DNA of 29,039 nt from a virus (IMGVR_UViG_3300035492_000067:1-29039), one strand, 5' to 3'. Positions 17,276-26,463 are shown, numbered from the stretch's first letter. Numbers and translations: made by a program. Notes: a model not told the origin generated them from the letters alone.

Positions 17276-19549
17276 ATGAAATTAAAACATGAAGATAACA
17301 TTGTCCTGTCAAATACTCAAAATGAACGTCGGTTCACTATCAATCCAACTGCTAAAGCATTCCGTATTTTATCAGATTCTCTGTATAGTCGGAAAATCGA
17401 GGCAATTATTCGTGAATTGTCTTGTAATGCTTATGACAGTCATGTTATGGCAGATAAAACAGATGTACCATTTGATATTCATTTACCAACTCAATGGGAA
17501 CCTTACTTCTCAGTTGAAGATTTTGGTTTAGGTTTATCCAAAGAAGATGTAGAATCAATCTACACTAGCTATTTCACATCAACCAAAACAGAATCCAATG
17601 ATGTGATTGGTGCATTAGGTTTAGGTTCCAAAACTCCTTTTGCTTACACAGACACATTTAATATTCGTACCCGGAAAAATGGTATCGAGCTTCATTATAA
17701 TGCTTTTATTAACAGCTTTGGTGAACCATCAGTTTCACTAATCTCCGAGAAACAAACATCTGAACAGAATGGTGTATTAATCACAGTACCAGTTCGTGAT
17801 TCAGATTTCCATAAGTTTAAATCTGATGCAGAAAAAGTATTTGCTTGGTTTAAAGTTCAACCAACAACAAACATTTATATCCATCCAGATCGGTCAGACT
17901 ATGACAAATTATCAGAAAAAGATTATCATATTCAAGTAAGTCGATACAATTCTGATTTTGTTATTGCAGTTATGGGTAATGTTGCTTACCGTGTTGATTC
18001 TGTTAACAAAACTTTTGAAGAACATCTAACAGATTCTGCAAAGAATTTCATGAAGAACAACTCACTTCTGGTTCGGTTCGAAATCGGTGATTTGGATGTA
18101 GCAGCTTCTCGCGAAACAATTTCATTTGACGAAGGCACTCGTGATTTCTTTCTGAATAAAGTTAATTCAATCATTGATGATTTTGGTGCAGAAGTTCAAG
18201 GTCATATTGACAATGAAATTACAGATGTTCGCGATGCAATCAATTATGTTGAACGACAAGTCGGTCAGTGGGCGTGGCACGTATTCAAATACAAAGGTGG
18301 ATATCTACACGACTATCGCAGCAAATGTCTAAACAAAGTGTTGGTTGAGCAGATAGTTGCAAATGACCTGAAAATGGTCGACGAATACTTAGATGGTACA
18401 CTGTTAGTTGATGACCAAGGTAACCCGAGACAAGTCAAGGAATCTGTTTCAGATGTTATCGAGGAATCATTCTACGGTTATAAAACAAACCGACACAATA
18501 CAATAACTTTATTGAATCTGCGATGGAATGATCGGCTAATTAGCCGAATTGGTTCAAGTAGCTCAATGATTATCTTGGAAGGTAAAGCAGAAGGTGTCCA
18601 TGCAGCCGCCAAAGAAATTGCAAAACAATTAAATTACCTGATTGGTGTGTATATCACAGAGCGGAAATTGTCAGATGAAACCAAAGAATATATGACAAAT
18701 ATGTTAGGTGATAAATTTGTTGTTATTGATTCTGTAGAATATTGTACAGAACGAAATGACAGATTAAAAGAGGAACGGAGACTCAAAGCACTTGAGCGGA
18801 AAGCAAATATCGCAAAAAAACCTACTCTTCGGAAACCTCGGAAACCTAAAAATTCAATCTGGGTTAAAGAATTATTTGACAACACAAAAGGTGTCCAAGA
18901 TAGAACACTAATTGACCCTGATACTTATGCAGATAAACGGATCATGGTTCTTCGGAAAGATCGGTCAAAGTATTCATTTGAAGCAAATAATACGTCATAT
19001 CACTTTGACAGACAATATATTAGTTTTTACCTAATGTCATTCAAATTGGACGCAATCATTGTTCTAGCCAACTCAGAATATGACAGGTTAATCACTAAGT
19101 TACCAAGTATTGTTAATGATGAAGTGATCAATCTTTGGTTGAAGAAAGAAGTTCTTGATCATACACTGGTTTATCAACGTATTCTGGGTTATGAATATTG
19201 TATTTCATCAATAGACGATTTAATGACTTTTAACTATGACAGCGGCAAACTTGCTCAGATGGCATTCGATGTTCTGAAATCATCATGTCCTGTAACAGAA
19301 ATCTTACTTGACATTATTGAAAATAACAGATATATCAATGTACCTTATCAATACAATTATGACCAACCAGCAAGTACACACATCAAAGATTTAATTGATA
19401 TGTACAGGGTTAATAATGAAACCGTATATAGTGAAATTGTATCTCAGTATCCTATGTTACAGTATCTAAATAAGAATACTCCTCAGGAAATGGTAGATTC
19501 ATATATCGAATTAATCAATTCAAAAAATAATCTACAACTTGTAGCATAA
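17276..19549 (+). CDS. rIIA: rIIA protein
   Basis: AFRILSDSLYS, IIRELSCNAYDSH, VEDFGLGL, STK..SN..IG.LGLGSKTPFAYTD (GHKL-type N-terminus), LDVAASRE. Confidence 0.95.
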   Translation: MKLKHEDNIVLSNTQNERRFTINPTAKAFRILSDSLYSRKIEAIIRELSCNAYDSHVMADKTDVPFDIHLPTQWEPYFSVEDFGLGLSKEDVESIYTSYFTSTKTESNDVIGALGLGSKTPFAYTDTFNIRTRKNGIELHYNAFINSFGEPSVSLISEKQTSEQNGVLITVPVRDSDFHKFKSDAEKVFAWFKVQPTTNIYIHPDRSDYDKLSEKDYHIQVSRYNSDFVIAVMGNVAYRVDSVNKTFEEHLTDSAKNFMKNNSLLVRFEIGDLDVAASRETISFDEGTRDFFLNKVNSIIDDFGAEVQGHIDNEITDVRDAINYVERQVGQWAWHVFKYKGGYLHDYRSKCLNKVLVEQIVANDLKMVDEYLDGTLLVDDQGNPRQVKESVSDVIEESFYGYKTNRHNTITLLNLRWNDRLISRIGSSSSMIILEGKAEGVHAAAKEIAKQLNYLIGVYITERKLSDETKEYMTNMLGDKFVVIDSVEYCTERNDRLKEERRLKALERKANIAKKPTLRKPRKPKNSIWVKELFDNTKGVQDRTLIDPDTYADKRIMVLRKDRSKYSFEANNTSYHFDRQYISFYLMSFKLDAIIVLANSEYDRLITKLPSIVNDEVINLWLKKEVLDHTLVYQRILGYEYCISSIDDLMTFNYDSGKLAQMAFDVLKSSCPVTEILLDIIENNRYINVPYQYNYDQPASTHIKDLIDMYRVNNETVYSEIVSQYPMLQYLNKNTPQEMVDSYIELINSKNNLQLVA
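19466..19472 (+). promoter_or_regulatory. Possible late promoter (CTAAATA) inside the 3' end of rIIA
   Basis: Same core as 4892-4899, about 90 nt upstream of the 19564 gene. A short motif in AT-rich DNA. Confidence 0.35.
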
Positions 19550-19563
19550 AAGGATTAAGACTG

Positions 19564-20052
19564 ATGATGATTTATGAAAATGGTAATTTCATCAGTCTAT
19601 CCGATTTCTGTCTATCAGAGTCGGTTAGACCAACACAAATCAAATTTGTACCAAATTCAGAGATGGACAACAATAAATTCATCTCTGACACCAGAGTCTC
19701 ACTATCATTCTTTAAATTTGACTCTGCTTTCTTTATGGTAGCATTTGACAAAACAGATAATATGGTAGCATTCGGAGTATCAGAAAAACATTCTCTTGAC
19801 CCACATGATTATTCTGATGACAGAAAGAAAACGAGCAAAGCTCTTAAAGTCTTTGGCCATGTTCTATATGTTCTTATGGAGTTGGTAAAACATGACAAAC
19901 CTAAATTCATTAAATTTGAATCTGCTAATCCAGCTCTAGGTTCTGTATATGATCGAATGGTCAAAAATAAATTTATATCAAAATACATAAGTGATTTTGG
20001 ATATGAATATAATTGTTTAGTAGAAGGCAAACATATTTACAAAAAGTTGTAG
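19564..20052 (+). CDS. Hypothetical protein between rIIA and rIIB
   Basis: SD AAGGA; 162-aa ORF. Confidence 0.8.
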   Translation: MMIYENGNFISLSDFCLSESVRPTQIKFVPNSEMDNNKFISDTRVSLSFFKFDSAFFMVAFDKTDNMVAFGVSEKHSLDPHDYSDDRKKTSKALKVFGHVLYVLMELVKHDKPKFIKFESANPALGSVYDRMVKNKFISKYISDFGYEYNCLVEGKHIYKKL

Positions 20053-20102
20053 ACAAACATGGAACCAGAGTTTATACTGGTTCCGAATTAACCAAGTGAA
20101 GG
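20050..20102 (+). promoter_or_regulatory. Promoter / inverted repeat / GTGAAGG cassette 6 (rIIB)
   Basis: TAGACA-17-TATACT. Stem GGAACCAG/CTGGTTCC. GTGAAGG at 20096. Confidence 0.8.
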
Positions 20103-20111
20103 AAAATTATT

Positions 20112-21122
20112 ATGGCTCAAGTGAATCCGATGAAAGACAAATTCCTATCAGATTTAGCAAATGGTCTGGTAGACTTATCTTTGTCAAAAGCAAAACTAGC
20201 AAAGTTGTATAACACATCAGAACGGTCAATCGGCCGTTGGTTAGCTGTATCTGGTCCTACTCCAACTCCAGTAAAAGTAGTTGAATATGTTCAAGTTGAT
20301 GTTGAAGATTGGACTCCAGAATCTGAACAAGATGAAGATGTCCAAGACGAAGTTGAATATCGTGTTATTGCTTCAAAAAAATCAATCAGTGTGACAAAAC
20401 TGGTTAATGAAGATGTTGTTGGTTCTGTAGTTGTTGATAAAACAAATATGTTATTCCAACAAATCTTTGATGACATTAGTTCGAATGCTCTGAGTCAGGA
20501 ATCCCTTGAACGTGCATATAACTTAGCTCAACCGGCAAAAGCTCTTGAATATGTAACAGATGGTAAACTTGAAGTAGATGTCAAAAATAACAAAATCTAC
20601 TTCAACCACAATGAATCACTTCGTGTTGAAGTTGGTGGTTCAATTGTTGACCGGATTACAGAAGGTTTAAAATCAAAGAGTCTTGAAGCAGTTCAACACT
20701 TAATGAAATTCCAAACCAAGTTGATGGACAATCCAAGTTTCCGTGCGGTGAATGAATTATACAAATTCATCGAAGCAACAGATATTGAAATTGCAGAAGA
20801 TGGTGATTTCTATGCTTGGAAAAAAGTTCGGTCAACATATTTTGACATTCATTCAAACACTATGCGTAATGCACCAGGTGATGTATTGCGAGTCCATCGA
20901 AACATGGTAGATGAAGATAGTTCACGCACATGTTCACATGGTTTACATGCATGTTCAAAATCATATTTAAGTTATTTTGGTTCATACAATGGTTCTACAG
21001 ACCGTATTGTCCGAGTCAAAATTAATCCTGCAGACGTTTGCGCTGTACCAGCTGACTACAGTAATGCAAAATTGCGCTGTGCTGGTTATACTGTAATTGA
21101 TGATGTAACAGATAAGTTCTAA
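20112..21122 (+). CDS. rIIB: rIIB protein
   Basis: N-terminal HTH; LMDNPS.RAVNELY.F, DGDFYAWKKV, TCSHGLH, VKINPADV..VP.DY...K.RC..Y.V. Confidence 0.95.
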   Translation: MAQVNPMKDKFLSDLANGLVDLSLSKAKLAKLYNTSERSIGRWLAVSGPTPTPVKVVEYVQVDVEDWTPESEQDEDVQDEVEYRVIASKKSISVTKLVNEDVVGSVVVDKTNMLFQQIFDDISSNALSQESLERAYNLAQPAKALEYVTDGKLEVDVKNNKIYFNHNESLRVEVGGSIVDRITEGLKSKSLEAVQHLMKFQTKLMDNPSFRAVNELYKFIEATDIEIAEDGDFYAWKKVRSTYFDIHSNTMRNAPGDVLRVHRNMVDEDSSRTCSHGLHACSKSYLSYFGSYNGSTDRIVRVKINPADVCAVPADYSNAKLRCAGYTVIDDVTDKF

Positions 21123-21148
21123 CATCATTCAAATTTCAACAACTATAT

Positions 21149-21179
21149 AGGATAGTAGCGAAAGCTCCTATCCTTTTTT
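21149..21179 (+). terminator. Intrinsic terminator after rIIB
   Basis: AGGATAG.AGC-GAAA-GCT.CTATCCT plus T-run. Confidence 0.8.
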
Positions 21180-21207
21180 ATTTTAACCAATATGAGAAAT
21201 ATCATTT

Positions 21208-21690
21208 ATGTCACTTGAAAGAAAACTACCAAATTGGCTTCGGAAACCAACCCATAAAAAAGAAGTTATTGCAACAAGTAAAGGTTGGATTGTAAAAGAT
21301 ACAGGGGAAATTCTTGTTTCTGTGAAAAATCTGGATAAACGGATTGAAGAATATTTTGGATTTTCAGAAGCAAAACCTGTTGACAATTTTATTGTAGAAA
21401 ACATAGATGTTCCTGTTCCAAATGAAATTGTTTCTGAACCATCACAGGACGAACCTGAACAACAAGACCAATCTGTAGATATTCCATCTGAACAAGAATC
21501 TTCTGTAGACACTCCTAGTGATTCTGACAAACCATCTGATGATACAGCTTCTGTTGTAGATGATTTATTGAATCAAGTTGATCCAGACAAGAAAACATGG
21601 GTCAGCAAGAATGGCAAAAATAAAATGGTAAAAATGACAGAACTTGAACAGTTCCTATCGGATGGTTGGGACAAAGGTCGGGCAAAGTAA
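21208..21690 (+). CDS. Hypothetical protein with acidic low-complexity linker
   Basis: IAT.KGW....TGE.LVS N-terminus, D/E/P/S-rich middle, W..KNG...GW.KGR C-terminus. Confidence 0.8.
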   Translation: MSLERKLPNWLRKPTHKKEVIATSKGWIVKDTGEILVSVKNLDKRIEEYFGFSEAKPVDNFIVENIDVPVPNEIVSEPSQDEPEQQDQSVDIPSEQESSVDTPSDSDKPSDDTASVVDDLLNQVDPDKKTWVSKNGKNKMVKMTELEQFLSDGWDKGRAK

Positions 21691-21708
21691 TTACTACCAG
21701 GGAATAGT

Positions 21709-22071
21709 ATGCAAATTACAAAAGAGAATTTATCGGTTTATGCAGCAAAACACTATGATAATCCGTTTTGTCTTACAGAAGATGAGTTTAAATCTGACTT
21801 ATTCAAAATTTCAGTTATAAGGAAATTGATTAGTGCATACTATTCCGAAAAGGGTAATGACAATCTAAAGTTGATTGTTAATACCACTATAGGATTTTTC
21901 AATGTATTTGAACATCATGCGGCAACCAAGATGTTGGAATATAGATTGTTACCAGAACAACACGAAACAATGAATGCAATTTTATTGTACTTGAACTTGC
22001 CTTTAGTTGGCAACAAAGATAAGTTTGATTCTGATATTTTACAGAAATTAATCAGGGAGTATGGAAGATGA
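21709..22071 (+). CDS. Conserved T4-like hypothetical protein
   Basis: YAAKHYDNP.C....EF..DL motif recalled from marine T4-like phages. Confidence 0.8.
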   Translation: MQITKENLSVYAAKHYDNPFCLTEDEFKSDLFKISVIRKLISAYYSEKGNDNLKLIVNTTIGFFNVFEHHAATKMLEYRLLPEQHETMNAILLYLNLPLVGNKDKFDSDILQKLIREYGR

Positions 22072-22346
22072 ATATGTTTCTTAGATTCTTAGATTTTATT
22101 GTTCCAAGATTTGTAACCGATGATGCAGCATTTTGCTACAACGAGGTCGAAGATACATTTGAACTAATTTGTCACATTGATGATTTATATGAAGATGAAG
22201 AATATCATGCTATAGGTAGAATTAAATCATTTAACTTGTTCGGTTATGGACTATTTTCAAAACTGCATAGTTTACAGATTGTTGACGAAAGAGTAGAAAA
22301 AATCTATATGGACAAATATGGTCCAAAATCAATTGTGAATAAATAG
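22068..22346 (+). CDS. Hypothetical protein
   Basis: SD GGGAG; ATGA coupling. Confidence 0.75.
   Translation: MNMFLRFLDFIVPRFVTDDAAFCYNEVEDTFELICHIDDLYEDEEYHAIGRIKSFNLFGYGLFSKLHSLQIVDERVEKIYMDKYGPKSIVNK
22339..22345 (+). promoter_or_regulatory. Putative late promoter (ATAAATA) for 22366 and the spanins
   Basis: TAAATA core about 20 nt upstream of ATG 22366. Confidence 0.5.
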
Positions 22347-22365
22347 GTTTATTTCGGAATAATAT

Positions 22366-22803
22366 ATGAAAAGTCTATCTGATTTTATCGTAGAAAAGGC
22401 TCCTCCGGGAGCCAAAGCAGAATCTTGGATTCTTGCAAACAAAGAACGGTTCCAAAAAGAATATGGTGATGAATGGGAACAGATTCTATATGCAACTGCA
22501 TGGAAGATGTTCGGTAAAGGTTTAAACGAAGATACATCTTCACCAACCGTAACCACAGATGGCGTAGCTAATCCTGATAGTAAACCTCTATTCAAATCTT
22601 CCAAGTTTGCTGGAATCGACTGCATAGAAGTTGATTCAGATACATACATGAAATGTAAATTCGGAAAGAAATCTCATAGTCGTTGGAATGGTGTTATTGA
22701 AGATGAAAATCTTAGGAGTTTTGTTCAAAAACACTATTATAAATCAAGTAAGTTAATCGTATCAGATTCAAAAACTGGTGCAATGACTTATCTAAAACGG
22801 TAA
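22366..22803 (+). CDS. Putative head-packaged (internal) protein
   Basis: N-terminus MKSLSDFIVE resembles the T4 capsid-targeting peptide; YATAWK motif; late-type promoter upstream. Confidence 0.55.
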   Translation: MKSLSDFIVEKAPPGAKAESWILANKERFQKEYGDEWEQILYATAWKMFGKGLNEDTSSPTVTTDGVANPDSKPLFKSSKFAGIDCIEVDSDTYMKCKFGKKSHSRWNGVIEDENLRSFVQKHYYKSSKLIVSDSKTGAMTYLKR

Positions 22804-22820
22804 AATCATAGGAGCAATTC

Positions 22821-23213
22821 ATGTTATCCAAATTAAAATTGATGTTGGCATCTGCATCTACATGGATTGCTCTATTATGTTTTATCGGATTTTTATCTGT
22901 TGCATATCTCTATAAAAAACAAGTTGAAGAAAATACATTACAACAAACTCAGATCATTGCACTACAGACAAACTTAAACAATCTATATGAACGAATTGCC
23001 GAAGAGCAAAAAAGACATACTGAACTTCAAAATGAAAAACAGAAAGTGCAACAAGAATTTAATAAGACAAAAACAGAATTAGATAAATTTAAAGGTAGAG
23101 AATCTGTAGTTGCTGCAAGACCTACATTGGTTCAAAGACAGATACAGAGATCATTTGATGAGTTCGTTAAATCCATAAATTGTGCCACAGGAGATAAGTC
23201 AAGATGCGAGTAA
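22821..23213 (+). CDS. i-spanin (Rz-like)
   Basis: N-terminal transmembrane helix, long coiled coil, C-terminal cysteines; overlaps a lipoprotein gene. Confidence 0.8.
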   Translation: MLSKLKLMLASASTWIALLCFIGFLSVAYLYKKQVEENTLQQTQIIALQTNLNNLYERIAEEQKRHTELQNEKQKVQQEFNKTKTELDKFKGRESVVAARPTLVQRQIQRSFDEFVKSINCATGDKSRCE

Positions 23214-23515
23214 TTATAATCCTGTTAGTTTGTTTACTTATGGTAGGATGCAAATCAAATGACATAGTTGTTGAACCACCAAAAGAAACATTAATTCATC
23301 CTGAACGACCTGTTGCAGTTAGACCTTATTCCTTTGATTGGAAAGTTGTTGTTCTTGAAGATCAGAGTGTTATAATTGGCCTAAGTTATGACCAATCTTT
23401 AGAGTTTAGAATATTCTTAGAGGATATTCGTAGATTTATAAATGAGACAAATAAGACTTTGTGTTTTTATAGATCTGAACTTAAAGAAATCCAATGTCAA
23501 ATTAAAAATCCATAG
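23204..23515 (+). CDS. o-spanin (Rz1-like lipoprotein)
   Basis: Lipobox MVG-C, Pro-rich stretch, and GLSY.......DI.R.I......LCFYR.....C as in T4-like o-spanins. Confidence 0.8.
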   Translation: MRVIIILLVCLLMVGCKSNDIVVEPPKETLIHPERPVAVRPYSFDWKVVVLEDQSVIIGLSYDQSLEFRIFLEDIRRFINETNKTLCFYRSELKEIQCQIKNP

Positions 23516-23557
23516 TACAGAATCTCACTTTCAATTCACTGGGGTAAACGGCTTGGC

Positions 23558-23588
23558 GCCAGTATACCAACCCTGGCAGAGTTGTCAA
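23558..23588 (-). promoter_or_regulatory. Minus-strand sigma70-like promoter with inverted repeat, antisense to the spanins
   Basis: Minus strand reads TTGACA-16-TATACT with an extended-10 TG; stem GCCAG/CTGGC across the -10. Confidence 0.65.
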
Positions 23589-23604
23589 CAATTTTTAAAA
23601 TAAA

Positions 23605-23661
23605 ATTTTGGTAGACAAGTTTCCAAAATCTGTTACTATTAGCTTATCAACAACGTGAAGG
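23605..23661 (+). promoter_or_regulatory. Promoter / inverted repeat / GTGAAGG cassette 7
   Basis: TAGACA-16-TACTAT with extended TG. Stem ATTTTGG/CCAAAAT around the -35. GTGAAGG at 23655. Confidence 0.7.
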
Positions 23662-23671
23662 AATTTATATT

Positions 23672-23851
23672 ATGAAAACTAAATCAAACAAAAACATTTT
23701 TCTGGTAATCGGTACAATCTTAATGTTCGCCGCACTTTGGTTGACTTCAGAAGATGAAGTGAATAGTATCAACCACTATTGCGAAAATGTTTTAGATGGT
23801 ACCTGGCCAAATTATAAGGAAATCGACTGTGAACGAGACACAGGCTTGTAA
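23672..23851 (+). CDS. Small membrane-anchored protein (59 aa; not in the ORF track)
   Basis: MKTKSNKNIFLVIGTILMFAALWLTSEDEVNSINHYCENVLDGTWPNYKEIDCERDTGL*, behind GTGAAGG. Confidence 0.8.
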   Translation: MKTKSNKNIFLVIGTILMFAALWLTSEDEVNSINHYCENVLDGTWPNYKEIDCERDTGL

Positions 23852-24038
23852 ACACATCCATTCATTGACAAATAAATCTGATATTCAGAAGTTTGTCAAT
23901 GAATATGCAAAAACTCATAGTTATGTTCTAAATCCTGATGCTGACTATGCAGCTAATGCTTTAATGGCAGATGCCAACCTTAAATACCATATCGGTAAAA
24001 TTCTCCGTTGTGCTCATAACAAACTCAAAGAGGTATAA
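23829..24038 (+). CDS. Hypothetical protein
   Basis: Likely GTG start at 23829 behind AAGGA (ORF track 23796..24038). Confidence 0.65.
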   Translation: MNETQACKHIHSLTNKSDIQKFVNEYAKTHSYVLNPDADYAANALMADANLKYHIGKILRCAHNKLKEV

Positions 24039-24042
24039 TTAA

Positions 24043-24261
24043 ATGTTTGAAATTCCAAAAGAAGGGTATGTTGTCCTTACTGGCCCCGGTTGTCCAAAGT
24101 GTGATACTTTAAAGCGACAATTAACCGAATCGGGTATTACTTATACAGAAATTAATGTTCGTGAAAACAAAGATGCTCACATGTTTTTAGTGGAACAAGG
24201 TTTCAGATCCATTCCGCAACTGTATATAAATGGTGTACATTCTCAACAACTGAACGGCTAA
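24043..24261 (+). CDS. Glutaredoxin / NrdH-like redoxin
   Basis: CPKC and RSIPQLY.NG; directly upstream of nrdA. Confidence 0.92.
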   Translation: MFEIPKEGYVVLTGPGCPKCDTLKRQLTESGITYTEINVRENKDAHMFLVEQGFRSIPQLYINGVHSQQLNG

Positions 24262-24270
24262 GAGGTAGTA

Positions 24271-26463
24271 ATGATATCAGAAGTAATCAAACGTGATGGC
24301 TCAATTGAGCCTTTTTGTTCTGATAAGTTAAACAAGTGGGCAAAGTATGCTTCTGAAGTAGGTGGAAATTGGTCAGATATTGCTATGCAGACGTTCAAAC
24401 GTCTGACCAATCCTTGTAAATCGGAAGATATTCATCAGACAATGATTGATGTCTGTGTTGATAAAAAGTCTTTGGAATATAGTCGTGTTGCTTCTCGTCT
24501 TGAATTTGCAACCATTCGTAAAAATATGCAATATATTTTTGGAATGGATGATTCTGCATCTTTCCGTGATTTATTAGAAGCATATGAAGATTTCGGAGTT
24601 TGGGACAGTTCTTGTATTCCAGAATACAATCCACGGTGGGAAAAGTGGTACAATGAAATCAAAGAAACTCGATTAGAGTATTGGCAAATCAAACAATGGA
24701 ATGACAAATATGCCTGCAAGATTGAAGACCATGTTGTAGAAACCCCACATCTAGGTTTCATGGGAATTGCATTAGCTTTATATGGTGACAATATTAAAGC
24801 TCTGAAATATGCAAAAGCTCTTGTTACTGGTAAAATCAATCTACCAACTCCTGCATTAAATGGTCTGCGCAACGGTGACTGGGACACAATTTCTTGTTGT
24901 GTTATTAGTGGCTCAGATACAGTGAAATCAATTGGTGTTGCAAACCACATTGCTTATGAAATGACTGCAAAGAAAGCAGGTATTGGTATTGAATTCACAA
25001 CTCGGTCTATTGATAATCCAGTTAAAGGTGGTCGTGTTAAACACTTAGGCAAGTGGCCAATTTTTAAAACCACTGACCGAGAAGTGAAGACAATGACACA
25101 AATTACACGTGGTGGTAATGCTACTGTTACTGTTTTGTGTATTGACCCAGAAATTGAGAAAATTCTATTATGGAAATCTCAACGTATTGATATTGAAACT
25201 CGGATTGACAAGCTGGATTATAGCTTTGGTTATAATGATGCTTTTGTGGAAGCTGTTGTTAAAAAGCAACCATGGCATCTATTCAGCCTTATTCATGCAC
25301 CAGACCTATATGAACATCTATTCTATAAAGGTTCTGTTGATGCATACAATGCCAGGGTTCAGGAATTAATTGCCAGTGGAGTTCCACATAAGACAGTTGA
25401 TGCTATGGAATTATTAAAGACATTCCTGACTGTCAGAAGTGAAACTGGTCGATTCTATGACATAAATTTAAGTCGTATGAACAAACATACGCCTTTTATT
25501 GATATCATTCGCCAAAGTAATTTATGCCTTGAAATTGCTATCGTATCAAAGGGTTACATCAATATGCAAGATTTGTATTCAGACAAATCTGAAGGTGAAA
25601 CTGGTTTCTGTTCATTGAGTGCTATAAACGTCGCAAAAGTGGCCGATGATGAATATGAAGAAATTTCTGCTTTGACATTAGAAGCTATTGATATTATGAT
25701 CGAAAGAGCTCCTATGTTATCTGAATCTATGAAAGAAAGTATCACTAGACGCAGATCAATTGGTTGTGGTATTACAGGTCTTGCTCAGAAACTATATGAT
25801 TCTGGTTATGACTATGATGGCTCAGAAGCATCTTTAAATTTTGTTCAAGCTATTGCAGAAAAACATTATTTCTACCTGTTGAAAGCATCTCAGAAGTTAG
25901 CTAAACGCGATAAAACGTGTGTTGAAGGTGTTGATCTGAATTGGTTGCCTATTGATACAGCGATTAACAAACCTGTTACAGACTTGGATTGGGAATCTCT
26001 GAGAGGTAAACCTCGGAAACATTCGGTGCTTGTAGCTCATATGCCATGTGAATCTAGTTCTGCACTATCTGGTACAACAAATGGTCTTTATCCAGTACGG
26101 TCAAAAATTGTTACTAAAGCATCACGTAAAGGTAAAGTACAATTTATCTGTGATTCTTTTGTAGAAGGTGTACATAAACCTGCATGGGATATAGACAATA
26201 CAACATTATCCCGTTATTATGCAAGAATTCAAGATTTCACCGACCAAGCAATTAGTTGTGATTTCTATGTTGTACCTCTGCGGTTTGATGGTGGTAAAGT
26301 TCCAATGTCACAACTGATTAAAGAGTGGGTCATTCACGCCAAGTTAGGCAACAAGACAAGATACTATTTGAATACCAAAGATTCTAATGGTGGCACCATA
26401 CAGGATCAAATCGTTCCAGAAGAAATTCAGGAAGATGATGGTTGTTCAAGTTGTAAGTTATAA
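24271..26463 (+). CDS. nrdA: Ribonucleotide reductase class Ia alpha subunit
   Basis: ATP-cone start VIKRDG, PTP, ISCC, SNLCLEI, C.L..IN, TRYY, C-terminal CSSC. Confidence 0.97.
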   Translation: MISEVIKRDGSIEPFCSDKLNKWAKYASEVGGNWSDIAMQTFKRLTNPCKSEDIHQTMIDVCVDKKSLEYSRVASRLEFATIRKNMQYIFGMDDSASFRDLLEAYEDFGVWDSSCIPEYNPRWEKWYNEIKETRLEYWQIKQWNDKYACKIEDHVVETPHLGFMGIALALYGDNIKALKYAKALVTGKINLPTPALNGLRNGDWDTISCCVISGSDTVKSIGVANHIAYEMTAKKAGIGIEFTTRSIDNPVKGGRVKHLGKWPIFKTTDREVKTMTQITRGGNATVTVLCIDPEIEKILLWKSQRIDIETRIDKLDYSFGYNDAFVEAVVKKQPWHLFSLIHAPDLYEHLFYKGSVDAYNARVQELIASGVPHKTVDAMELLKTFLTVRSETGRFYDINLSRMNKHTPFIDIIRQSNLCLEIAIVSKGYINMQDLYSDKSEGETGFCSLSAINVAKVADDEYEEISALTLEAIDIMIERAPMLSESMKESITRRRSIGCGITGLAQKLYDSGYDYDGSEASLNFVQAIAEKHYFYLLKASQKLAKRDKTCVEGVDLNWLPIDTAINKPVTDLDWESLRGKPRKHSVLVAHMPCESSSALSGTTNGLYPVRSKIVTKASRKGKVQFICDSFVEGVHKPAWDIDNTTLSRYYARIQDFTDQAISCDFYVVPLRFDGGKVPMSQLIKEWVIHAKLGNKTRYYLNTKDSNGGTIQDQIVPEEIQEDDGCSSCKL

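Noticed and set aside
23516-23600. tRNA or tRNA remnant in the GC-rich gap
   Set aside because: No T-loop GTTC motif or cloverleaf on either strand; better explained by the minus-strand promoter.
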